Assembly: GCA_963770895.1 (NCBI GenBank)
Contig: CAVYRF010000001.1
Span: 640,001 to 704,000, forward strand
Direction of reading: 5' to 3'
Length of the DNA: 64,000 nucleotides
From: an uncultured Acidobacteriota bacterium
Lineage (GTDB): Bacteria > Acidobacteriota > Thermoanaerobaculia > Multivoradales > UBA5704
Position 1 is the first letter of the stretch. Each line of letters opens with the position of its first letter. Both the position numbers and the translations under genes were made by a program. A model generated the notes under the pieces. The model did not search any database and had not been told where the DNA came from. It worked only from the letters and a program-made list of their open reading frames with translations. Below are positions 12,985 to 20,908 of the stretch, piece after piece.

Positions 12985-13142
12985 TTCGGGCGTCCTTTCG
13001 TGAGCAGCTCCCAGATTCGTACTTCTGCGATTCCAAACGCGCTTGCAGAAACAGGCGCTAAAAGAATGGGTGCAGAGTTGAGGTGGGAGTGAGACAAGCG
13101 CGGTCCGAGGTGGTGCAAATCCTTTTCGCGTGCCTCCGGGAG

Positions 13143-13207
13143 GTTAGCGACCCCTATCCGGCCGCTTTGGGCGGCTCACGACGAAAGCCCCCGGCTCTGC
13201 CGGGGGA
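13143..13207 (+). mobile_element. Relic resembling an IS200/IS605 terminal hairpin region
   Basis: GTTAGCGACCCC, hairpin GCCGC-TTTGG-GCGGC, then AAAG-CCCCCGGC-TCT-GCCGGGGG-A. Resembles IS200-type right ends from memory; no tnpA nearby. Confidence 0.45.
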
Positions 13208-13257
13208 TGCACGGATCAGGGAGACTTGTGACGCCCCGTAGCCGATGTCGGTGGCGG

Positions 13258-15189
13258 CTATGGAACGACCGGAAGGAACACGCTGCTTGAGGCGTCGCCA
13301 CCGCGATAGACGCTCTCGGTCGCAGCTTGGTAGTCGCCAGGCTTTGCATTGAAGATGTTGTCGACGTAGGTCTGGGGATTGCGGTCGTAGAGGGGGAACA
13401 GGCTGGACTGCACCTGAATCATGATCCTGTGGCCGGGCAGAAAGACATGGTCGACGTTGGGCAGGCCGAATCGGTATTCCTCGATCTTCCCGGGCACCAG
13501 GGCCTGGGGTTTGTCGCGCCCGTGTACGTAGCGGCCGCGGAAAATCTCGATGCCGATCGGTATCTCGGATCCCGCCATGACGGACCTGGAGCCTTGGTCG
13601 GCCGGTTCCGATGACGCATCCGGATACACGTCGATGACCTTGACCACCCAGTCGCTGTCGGTGCCGGACGTGGCGGCGAACAGATCGACCTGCGGAGCGC
13701 CCATGATGTGGACCGGCCTGTCGAGCGTCGCCGTCTGGTACGCCAGGACATCGGGGCGATCCGAGACGAAGCGCTGATCCTGCACGAGCCACGACTTCCA
13801 CTGGTTGCCGTCGGCCATGTTGATCGGGCGGGGAAGGAAAGGCACGGGCTTGGAAGGATCGGCGGAATAGTCGTCGTGGCCGCCGGCCGCGGGGGCGCTG
13901 AAGCTGGCCGTGAAGTGCTCGCCCAGATAGAGCGGCGTCAGCGTCCCCATCGGCCATCGCGGCGATCGCTCCCACCGATTGGTTCCTGTGGCATAGGTGA
14001 GCACCCGCGGCGTATGGGGATCCGGGCCCCCCTTGAGGTAGTGATCGAAGAACGGCTTCATGTACTCGACGCGGAATTCGTCGGCGGTATCGCCGGTGAA
14101 CGTCAGCGCTCCGAGGCCGTAGCCGTAGTGGTTGACGCCGGAATGACGCCACGGCCCGATCACCAGCGTCAGCATGTCGTGATTCACGTCCTTGGGCTCG
14201 AGCACCTTGTAGACGGCAGGCGCGCCGTAGGAGTCTTCCTGGTCCCATTGCCCGACCACCAGCATGGTCGGCACGGCGAGCGGCCTGGTTGCCATCCACT
14301 TGTCGACCGCCTGCAACGACCAGAAATCCGTATAGGCCGGATTGCGCATCAACTTCTGCATGAATGGGTACTGATCGATGCCCCACGCCCGAGCGTAGTC
14401 GCCGCTCGATCCGGTTTGCAGATAGCGCGTGTAGTCGTCGCCGACGCCGTGCGCCACCGCGCCACCTTCGGCCTTGGCGGTGCTCAGCTCGACGATGTAG
14501 TCCATCGTCGGATTGCGGAACGCTCCGTTGTGGAAATCGTCGTCGCCGATCCAGGTGTCGACCATGGGGCTCTGCGGCACGACAGCCTTCAGCGCCGGAT
14601 GCGGATCGATCTCGGCCATCAGCGCGGTGAAGCCGAGATAGCTGCTGCCGACGACGCCGACCTTCCCGTTGGACTCGGGGACGTGCTTCACCAGCCAGTC
14701 GATGGTGTCGTAGGCGTCGGTCGATTCATCGACCCGCGTGTGGTTCAGCGGGCCGATGATCGGCCGGGTCATGACGAACTCGCCCTCGGAGTGGTGCAGC
14801 CCGCGAATGTCCTGATAGACGCGGATGTAGTTGTCTTCCACGAACTCGGTGTCCATTGCCGGCAGGATTTCCGTGATCGACTGACTGCCTGTCCGCTCGG
14901 CCGATCCCTTCGCGTCGTAAGGCGTGCGCGACAGCAGGATGGGGCCGTCGTGAGTGCCCTTCTTCATGACGACCACGGTGTACAGCTTCACGCCGTCGCG
15001 CATCGGCACCATCTCCACGCGCTTGACGTAGTCGGCCTGCGGGCGGACCGCTTCGTAGTGCGCCACGACATCAGGCGTCATCGGAGTTGGTTCCGGTGGT
15101 GCCTGCGGCATGGTCGCGGCGACCGCCGAACCTTCCAGCGACAACGCGAACAGTGCAATCACTACGCTCAGATTCGATAGGTCTCTCAT
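13258..15189 (-). CDS. CocE/NonD family hydrolase (alpha-amino acid ester hydrolase / glutaryl-7-ACA acylase-like), secreted
   Basis: Signal peptide; 'VPMRDGVKLYT', 'LSRTPY', 'QDIRG', nucleophile 'GSSYLG', 'GPWRH', C-terminal 'QVQSSLFPLYDRNPQT'. Confidence 0.92.
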   Translation of the reverse strand: MRDLSNLSVVIALFALSLEGSAVAATMPQAPPEPTPMTPDVVAHYEAVRPQADYVKRVEMVPMRDGVKLYTVVVMKKGTHDGPILLSRTPYDAKGSAERTGSQSITEILPAMDTEFVEDNYIRVYQDIRGLHHSEGEFVMTRPIIGPLNHTRVDESTDAYDTIDWLVKHVPESNGKVGVVGSSYLGFTALMAEIDPHPALKAVVPQSPMVDTWIGDDDFHNGAFRNPTMDYIVELSTAKAEGGAVAHGVGDDYTRYLQTGSSGDYARAWGIDQYPFMQKLMRNPAYTDFWSLQAVDKWMATRPLAVPTMLVVGQWDQEDSYGAPAVYKVLEPKDVNHDMLTLVIGPWRHSGVNHYGYGLGALTFTGDTADEFRVEYMKPFFDHYLKGGPDPHTPRVLTYATGTNRWERSPRWPMGTLTPLYLGEHFTASFSAPAAGGHDDYSADPSKPVPFLPRPINMADGNQWKSWLVQDQRFVSDRPDVLAYQTATLDRPVHIMGAPQVDLFAATSGTDSDWVVKVIDVYPDASSEPADQGSRSVMAGSEIPIGIEIFRGRYVHGRDKPQALVPGKIEEYRFGLPNVDHVFLPGHRIMIQVQSSLFPLYDRNPQTYVDNIFNAKPGDYQAATESVYRGGDASSSVFLPVVP

Positions 15190-15356
15190 GGCGTTGTCCC
15201 TTGCTGTGGAAGTTGCCTGCCGCGCATAGACGGCCGCGCTGGGCCGCATGGCGCGGGATCATATCAGCGGCCCTCGAACGAGGTGGCGGCGCGCTTGCGG
15301 GGGCCGTTGTTCCAGGTCGGGCAGCGCTGCTGGGCTAGCCTGGCCGGCGCATCTTA

Positions 15357-15374
15357 ATGGTAGACTTTTACCAT
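15357..15374 (+). promoter_or_regulatory. vapBC operator palindrome overlapping a -10 box (leaderless promoter)
   Basis: ATGGTA-N6-TACCAT; TAGACT at 15361-15366, 6 nt before the ATG; no RBS. Confidence 0.6.
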
Positions 15375-15618
15375 GCGAACTACCATTGACGCCGCAGGTC
15401 GAGTTGTCATCCCCAAGGAGCTTCGTAGCCGGCTGGCTCTCGTCGGTGGCCAGGAGCTGGAGATCCGGGAACGCGAAGGCCGCATCGAGATTGAGCCGGC
15501 GGGGGCTTCGATGTCGCTGCGCAACGCCGGCGACGGCCCCGTTGCCGTCCCCTCCGAGGCGCTGCCGCCGCTCACAGACCAGATCGTCCGTGAAACCTTG
15601 GAGCGGGTCCGCCGTTGA
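15373..15618 (+). CDS. vapB: AbrB/MazE-type antitoxin
   Basis: 'MRTTIDAAGRVVIPKELRSRL...LEI'; overlaps the PIN gene. Confidence 0.88.
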   Translation: MRTTIDAAGRVVIPKELRSRLALVGGQELEIREREGRIEIEPAGASMSLRNAGDGPVAVPSEALPPLTDQIVRETLERVRR

Positions 15619-16019
15619 TCGCCGTCGACTCCAGCATCGTCGTCGCGGCATTCGCTTCATGGCACGAAGGGCACCGTGCGGCCTTGGAGTGCCTGCGCCG
15701 CGATCCACGCCTGCCGGCGCACGCAGCCGTCGAAACCTTCTCTGTCATCACGCGGCTTCCTGCTCCCCACCGCGCCCCCGGCACATTGGTCGCCGAGTTC
15801 CTGCGCCAACGCTTTCGCGATCCTCTCCTCACCCTGCCGCCGAACAGCCACCTGCGGCTGATCGAGCAAGCGGCGGCAGCGGGGCTGGCCGGCGGTGCGA
15901 TCTACGATGCCTTGATCGCTGCCACGGCGGGCCGTGCCGGAGCTACCCTCCTGTCGCGCGACCATCGCGCGGCAGCGACCTACGAGGCGCTGGGCGTCGA
16001 GTATGAACTGGTGACCTGA
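15615..16019 (+). CDS. vapC: PIN-domain toxin
   Basis: 'IAVDSSIVVA', 'E-TFSVITRLP', 'YDALIAATA', 'LLSRD'. Confidence 0.9.
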   Translation: MIAVDSSIVVAAFASWHEGHRAALECLRRDPRLPAHAAVETFSVITRLPAPHRAPGTLVAEFLRQRFRDPLLTLPPNSHLRLIEQAAAAGLAGGAIYDALIAATAGRAGATLLSRDHRAAATYEALGVEYELVT

Positions 16020-16067
16020 GGTCGCGATTGTGTTCGCGATTGCGGCTTGGTTCAGTACAGGCGCGCG

Positions 16068-16724
16068 CTAGGGACGACGAGCCTTCGCCACCAGTGCCGT
16101 GAGTCGAGAGTCGCCCTTCTTGTCGGCCAGCAGCTTCTTCGCGGTTTCCGGGCTGATCCGGGCGCCCGCCGCGATCAACGCCTCGGCGGCGTCGTAGTTG
16201 CCGACCAGAAGGGCCATGCTCAATGACGTGTGGCCAAGCGACGTCCGAAAGTTCATGTCGGCACCGGCGCGCAGCAGACGGCGCACCACCGGCGCCGGGC
16301 ACTCCTGCGCCGCTACCATCAGTGCGCTGAGCTCGCTGGGGGCTGGATCGTTGACCCTCGCGCCGTGCGTCAACAGCAGATCGACCATCGCCAAGGTGAC
16401 CTGGGGGGCGCTGCTGCGGGAGCAGGCGCTGGCGGCGAGCCGCAGCACCGGCTTGGGCAGGTCGCGGGTGTCGTTGACGTCGACGCCGGCCGACAGCAGG
16501 GCTTCCACGGTCTCGAGGTCGCCGTTCATGATGGGCATGACCAGGTTGTCGCCGGCCAGCGCCAGGTGATTGGTGTCGAGAAAGGCGAGCGCCTCCGCAT
16601 GGCTCATGTGGGGCTCCGGCGCCATCTCGTCGGTCGGCACGACGGTGGGTGCAGCGGCGAGCGTGGTGCAAGACAAAGCGCAGAGGACCATCGTGGCGAG
16701 CAGACCGCGTTTCGTGATGCTCAT
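16068..16724 (-). CDS. Secreted ankyrin-repeat protein
   Basis: Signal peptide; ankyrin repeats 'GDLETVEALLSAGVDVN', 'VDLLLTHGARVN', 'SALMVAA..VVRRLLRAGADMN'. Confidence 0.85.
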   Translation of the reverse strand: MSITKRGLLATMVLCALSCTTLAAAPTVVPTDEMAPEPHMSHAEALAFLDTNHLALAGDNLVMPIMNGDLETVEALLSAGVDVNDTRDLPKPVLRLAASACSRSSAPQVTLAMVDLLLTHGARVNDPAPSELSALMVAAQECPAPVVRRLLRAGADMNFRTSLGHTSLSMALLVGNYDAAEALIAAGARISPETAKKLLADKKGDSRLTALVAKARRP

Positions 16725-16726
16725 TC

Positions 16727-17782
16727 TTACCTCGTCGCCCGGCGGATCAGGGCGCGTTTCCTGGCATCGGTGGGAAGCTCGAAGAACAGTTTGTCGATCG
16801 ACGCCTGGCTGATCCGCGCACCGTGCGCCACCAGGGTCTCGGCAACGTCCCAGCGGCCGTTGGCGAAGGCCAGGTGCAGCGCCGAATAGCCTTGGGCGTT
16901 GACGGTGCCGACCGGTGCCCCAGCGGCGATCAGCCGCTCGACCACCGGCACGGGGCAGAGAACAGCGCCCATCAGCAGGGTGCTGCCGCCAGCATCGTGC
17001 TTGACGTCGGCGCCGCGCTCGATGAGCACCTGCAGCGTCGCCAGGCGCGTCGCTACGCTCGCCACGTCGCCGATGCAGCCGGCGCCCGCCGCTTCGCTAA
17101 CCGCGCGCCGGCCGAACTCGCTGGCGTTGACGTCGACCCCTACCTCGAGCAGCGCCAGGACCAGCTCGGTATCTGCGTGCTCGGCCGCCTGCAGCAGGGT
17201 GGAAGTCGAAATGGTCTCGTCGCGGCCGCGGATATATTCGAGCGCCGCCTTCTCCGTGGCTGGCGAAGCCGCCGGTGGCGGAGCCACGTCGCTCGGCGAA
17301 CGTGACTGCTTCCACTCGGCGAGCAGCACACCAGCGAAGGCCAGGTCTTGCCTGTCGGGGCCGGTCTCGGCCTTGCCGATGGCGATTCCCTGGTCGAGCA
17401 CGGTGTCGGCGACGTTCAGGCTGCGCAACGCCATCAGGGCGGAGGCGCGTACTTCCGACAGCGTCCTGCTGCTGGCCACGGCGAGCAGGATCGGCGGCGC
17501 CGCCTGACGCAGATAAGCCTTCGCCGGCCCTGGACTCGACCCGTCGTGGCGGCCCAGCCAGTCGACGGCCCGAATGAGGTCGCTCTGCCCACGCGGATTG
17601 CGCGTCGCAGCGAGCCGATCGAGGAGCGGCGCGAGGTCACGCTGAGGATCGACCGCAAGCTTCCTCACCGCCTCCTTCGCCTGTTGGATCAGGTCCTCCG
17701 TGCTCGGCGACGGCGCTGACACCGCCGAAACCGCCGCGGCCAAGAGCAAGGCTCCGGCGCACCCTGCAATCCGCTTGGTCAT
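16727..17782 (-). CDS. Secreted helical-repeat plus ankyrin-repeat protein
   Basis: Own ATG (MTKRIAGCAGALLLAAAVSA, signal-like) after AGGGGG and an upstream TATAAT; 'LVLALLEVGVDVNA', 'GYSALHLAFANGRWDVAETLVAHGA'. Confidence 0.8.
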   Translation of the reverse strand: MTKRIAGCAGALLLAAAVSAVSAPSPSTEDLIQQAKEAVRKLAVDPQRDLAPLLDRLAATRNPRGQSDLIRAVDWLGRHDGSSPGPAKAYLRQAAPPILLAVASSRTLSEVRASALMALRSLNVADTVLDQGIAIGKAETGPDRQDLAFAGVLLAEWKQSRSPSDVAPPPAASPATEKAALEYIRGRDETISTSTLLQAAEHADTELVLALLEVGVDVNASEFGRRAVSEAAGAGCIGDVASVATRLATLQVLIERGADVKHDAGGSTLLMGAVLCPVPVVERLIAAGAPVGTVNAQGYSALHLAFANGRWDVAETLVAHGARISQASIDKLFFELPTDARKRALIRRATR

Positions 17783-17887
17783 GAAATCCCCCTGGACGCC
17801 CGCCAAAGCCTGCGTCAAATTATAGAGGAAGTCCGATCGAGCCGGGCGGGGTGACGGTGACGATGGTTGCCCCCGACCGCGCCGCGC

Positions 17888-18220
17888 CTGTCCCTCGAGG
17901 TCAGCCGGCGAGCATGCTGCGGCGATGAGATGGATTTCTTCGATCATGCGCCCGATTGGCTGGGCGGTGTTGACCTCGATCACGCCGCTCATCGGGACGC
18001 CCGCGCGAACGCGCGCCCAAGCGGCGGCCGTCATCGTGCTGACATCATGAGTCAGTACGACGCGACTCTCGTGCATGGCCCACTCCAGCACGGAGTCGTC
18101 GTCGGACTCTGCAAGCGGGGTGTCCTGCACTCGGATCAAGTCGAGCCCGGGAAGGATGCGAAGCAGACCTCGGACGATCCGGCCGTCAAAGTTCTCGTCG
18201 GCTGCGAACCGCAGTGTCAA
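17888..18220 (-). CDS. DUF5615 PIN-like toxin, C-terminally truncated and lacking a stop (reads in frame into the ankyrin gene)
   Basis: 'LRFAADENFDGRIVRGL', 'DDSVLEWA', 'RVVLTHDVSTM'; family-like sequence ends near 'LEGQ', so the lower boundary is approximate. Confidence 0.75.
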
Positions 18221-18564
18221 GTCGAGCCGGCCCTGGTCTGGTCTATTCGGGCGAGGAGCCGCTCGCGCAGCTCCTGGTACTCGGGCCGATCCTCGATCTG
18301 ACGCCGCAGGTCCGCGTGCACCAGCGCCCGCTTCGACAGGTACTCCTCGACCTCGGGGCGATGCCGCAGGTAGTAGGCGATGACTGCGTAGGTATCCGGC
18401 AGTGATACAGGTGGGTAGTCCTGCACGATCTCCTCGGCTGTCGCTCCGCGCTTGAATGCCCCCACGACGGTGTCGAGTGTGAGGCGGGTTCCTTCAATGC
18501 GGATGGCCGAGCCGTCGTCAGGGAAAACCAGCGGCACGGGGTCGAGCGCGGCCGGACGGTGCAT
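18217..18564 (-). CDS. DUF433 antitoxin
   Basis: 'IRIEGTRLTLDTVV..F.RGATAEEIVQDYP.VSL.D.YAVIAYYL'; TATAAT 6 nt upstream of the ATG (leaderless). Confidence 0.9.
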   Translation of the reverse strand: MHRPAALDPVPLVFPDDGSAIRIEGTRLTLDTVVGAFKRGATAEEIVQDYPPVSLPDTYAVIAYYLRHRPEVEEYLSKRALVHADLRRQIEDRPEYQELRERLLARIDQTRAGST

Positions 18565-18644
18565 GGAACGATTATACCGCTCGCATCCTCTGGTGGGACT
18601 GTTGGTGGAGCTCAGAAAGCAGGCGCACAGTAATTAGCTGGAAG

Positions 18645-18760
18645 CCAGTGACTCGCCAATGGCGCCGCTGGCGGCCCAGGCAAGGGCGGCTTCTGGGGCT
18701 TCTGCGGCTTTTGCAGCGTGGTGTCAGCCGAAGGCAGCTGCCGCGTGCAGGCCGGCGGTA
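18645..18760 (-). repeat. Degenerate direct-repeat copy of the glycosyltransferase 3' end (20920..21026)
   Basis: Shared blocks GACTCGCCAAT, GGCGGCCCAGGC, CTTCTGCGGCTTTTGC and GCCGAAGGCAGCTGCCGCGTGCAGGCCGGCGGTA. Confidence 0.85.
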
Positions 18761-18913
18761 GCCGCCAGGAGAGGTCGCCCTTCCCATTTCAGCCCCCCCG
18801 GCCCGAGCGCGGTCGCGCCGCCAGGCGCGCCGCGGTTGGGCCAACCAACGCCCTGCGCGCAAGCGTGCCGGTGCGCAGGCGTCCCCACGCCGGCGGCGGA
18901 GGGCTGCTACCCT

Positions 18914-19310
18914 CTAATTCTGAAACGAAGGCGGCTCAGTCGCCGGCCGTTGCCAATGTGCCTTGATATAGCTCCGGAGGACGGTGGTGGCGCTAAGCCC
19001 GACTGTGCCCTGCCGCACTGCATCTTCGAGTTGCTGCCATACCATCTGCATCTGCTCGCGCGCGCTCTGGCCGCCGCCCTCACTGTCAAGCAGGGATAGC
19101 TCCTGGGCAGCCCGCCGGCAGACCGCGATCGCTTCCGGCAGGCGCTCGCTGCGCAGAAAGAAGCCGAAGAGATACGCGAGGTCCAGGAAGAAGTCCTTGA
19201 CCAGCCCTTGGTCAAGGTCAGCGGCGATCACCTCCTGAAACAGCCGTTCCGCTTTCTTTGGGCGCCCGAGATGTTCGAGCCCCAGCCGCCCGGCCGCGCA
19301 GATGCCGCGG
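18914..19310 (-). pseudogene. C-terminal fragment of a TPR protein paralogous to 19271..20668
   Basis: 'AGRLGLEHLGRPKKAERLFQEVIAADLDQGLVKDFFL' aligns by eye with 'QGRITHAFGRFAEAADILRQVQDELRAGGLHQDFLL'; both have a W followed by a short tail near the end. Upper boundary approximate. Confidence 0.5.
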
Positions 19311-20668
19311 AGACGCGGCACCTTTCGGCAGACCTCCTCCGGCGCTTCCTCGCGGAGCGGGTCTCGGCGCCCGAGCGGCAACGGATCGTACGCCACCTCC
19401 TGACCCGATGCCCTGACTGCTTCGCCATTGCCGAGCGGATCACGGCGGAGGCGGGATACTGGGCCGGCAAGGGCAGCGCGGATGAGCGTGTCGACCGCGA
19501 CTATACCGAAGCGTTCCAGTCCGCGTTCCGGTTTGCAACCGAGGGTGCACGGCGCCTGGCCGTGGAGCGCCTGTGCGGCTGGGCGCACTGGTCGGCCCTG
19601 GACCCGCTTCTGCCACAGGAGCGGCTCGCGGCCGTGATCACGCAGAGGGACTGGCACCATTGGGGACTCTTCCAGGCGCTGCTCGACGCCGCCCATTGGT
19701 ACAGCTCCCGCGACCCCCATGAGGCGGCAGATATCGCAGCGCTCGCGCTCGACGTCGCCGACCTCCTGGACCCAATGGTGGTCGGCGGCGAGGCGGCGGC
19801 CAACGACATGCGCGCGCGGGCATGGGTTCTGCTCGCCGACTGCCGCCGGCTTGCGGCCGATTTCGAAGGCGCTCGCGCCGCCATCGCGGAAGCATGGAAA
19901 TGGCATGAGGAAGGTGCGGGCGAGCCGCTCGACAAGGCGCGGATCTACAGCTCTGACGCGTCCTATGCCGGGATTGTCGGCGAGTTCGAGACCGCGACCG
20001 TGATCCTCGAGAAAGCCCTCTTCCTCTATCGCGGCGCGGCGGACCCGCACCTCCAGGGACGGACGCTCGTTCAGATGGCCCGCATGATCGGCTAGGTCGA
20101 CCCCGACCAGGGCATCTCCCACCTTGAACAGGCTTTAGAGCTCATCAACCCGGTGCGCGAACCGCGCCTCGCGCTCTGCGCGGAGCACTGCCTGGCGGAG
20201 CTCCTGTGTGGCGCCGGGCGGCCCGACGAGGCGCTCGCCATCCTGGACCGCGTTCGCCCTCTCTACCGGCAGTTCCCGGATGAGTGGGCGCAAGTGCGGC
20301 TGCACTGGCTCCAGGGCCGGATCACCCACGCGTTCGGGCGATTCGCCGAGGCGGCGGACATCTTGCGCCAGGTGCAGGACGAGCTCCGCGCCGGAGGCTT
20401 GCACCAGGACTTCCTCCTGGCATCGATCGACCTGATGGAAGCCCATGCGGCGCTCGGCGAGACGGCGACCGCCCTGCGCCTCGCCGCCGAGGTCACCCCG
20501 CTGCTTGCCAGCTGGAACCCGCACCGGAGCGCCACCGGCGCCTGGCTTATCTTGCAGAAGGCGCTGCAGGAGGAGAGCGATGCCCGCCTCGCGGGCGGCC
20601 TCTTCGCACGGCTGCGCCTCTGTTACCGCCGCTACTGGCATGTATCCGACGCAGAGTTCTCAATCTGA
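19271..20668 (+). pseudogene. Anti-sigma-like Zn finger (HL..CxxC) plus TPR protein interrupted by an in-frame TAG
   Basis: 'RHLLTRCPDC'; track ORFs 19208..20095 and 20153..20668 share a frame and are separated by one TAG at 20093-20095. Confidence 0.75.
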
Positions 20669-20694
20669 CCAGCAGTCCCTTCCCCTTCACATTC

Positions 20695-20862
20695 TGTGCA
20701 GAAAGCGCGAATTTTTTGTGCTTAGAGGTATGGCGACCATCACCAGCGGATATGTGCAGATACCGCAAATTTCTTCAGCGTGGGCAGGAAGGAAAAGGTG
20801 CGCGGCAGCGTATGGTGTCGCCGTGTCCTGTGCATATTTTGTGTAAAAAATGTGAATTTCTT
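20695..20862 (+). repeat. Three copies of a 23-bp AT-rich motif
   Basis: TGTGCAGAAAGCGCGAATTTTTT (20695), TGTGCAGATACCGCAAATTTCTT (20753), TGTGTAAAAAATGTGAATTTCTT (20840). Confidence 0.55.
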
Positions 20863-20908
20863 CGGGACTGGCAGCAATCTTCCGCCCCGGCACTCGGGCG
20901 GGCAGCCG

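Noticed and set aside
12685-13092. 135-aa plus-strand ORF
   Set aside because: No RBS or motif; overlaps the better-supported minus-strand peptide.
20093-20095. Pyrrolysine or other programmed read-through of the in-frame TAG
   Set aside because: No pyl genes seen, TAG is used as a normal stop elsewhere in the window, and the gene lies in a decayed segment.
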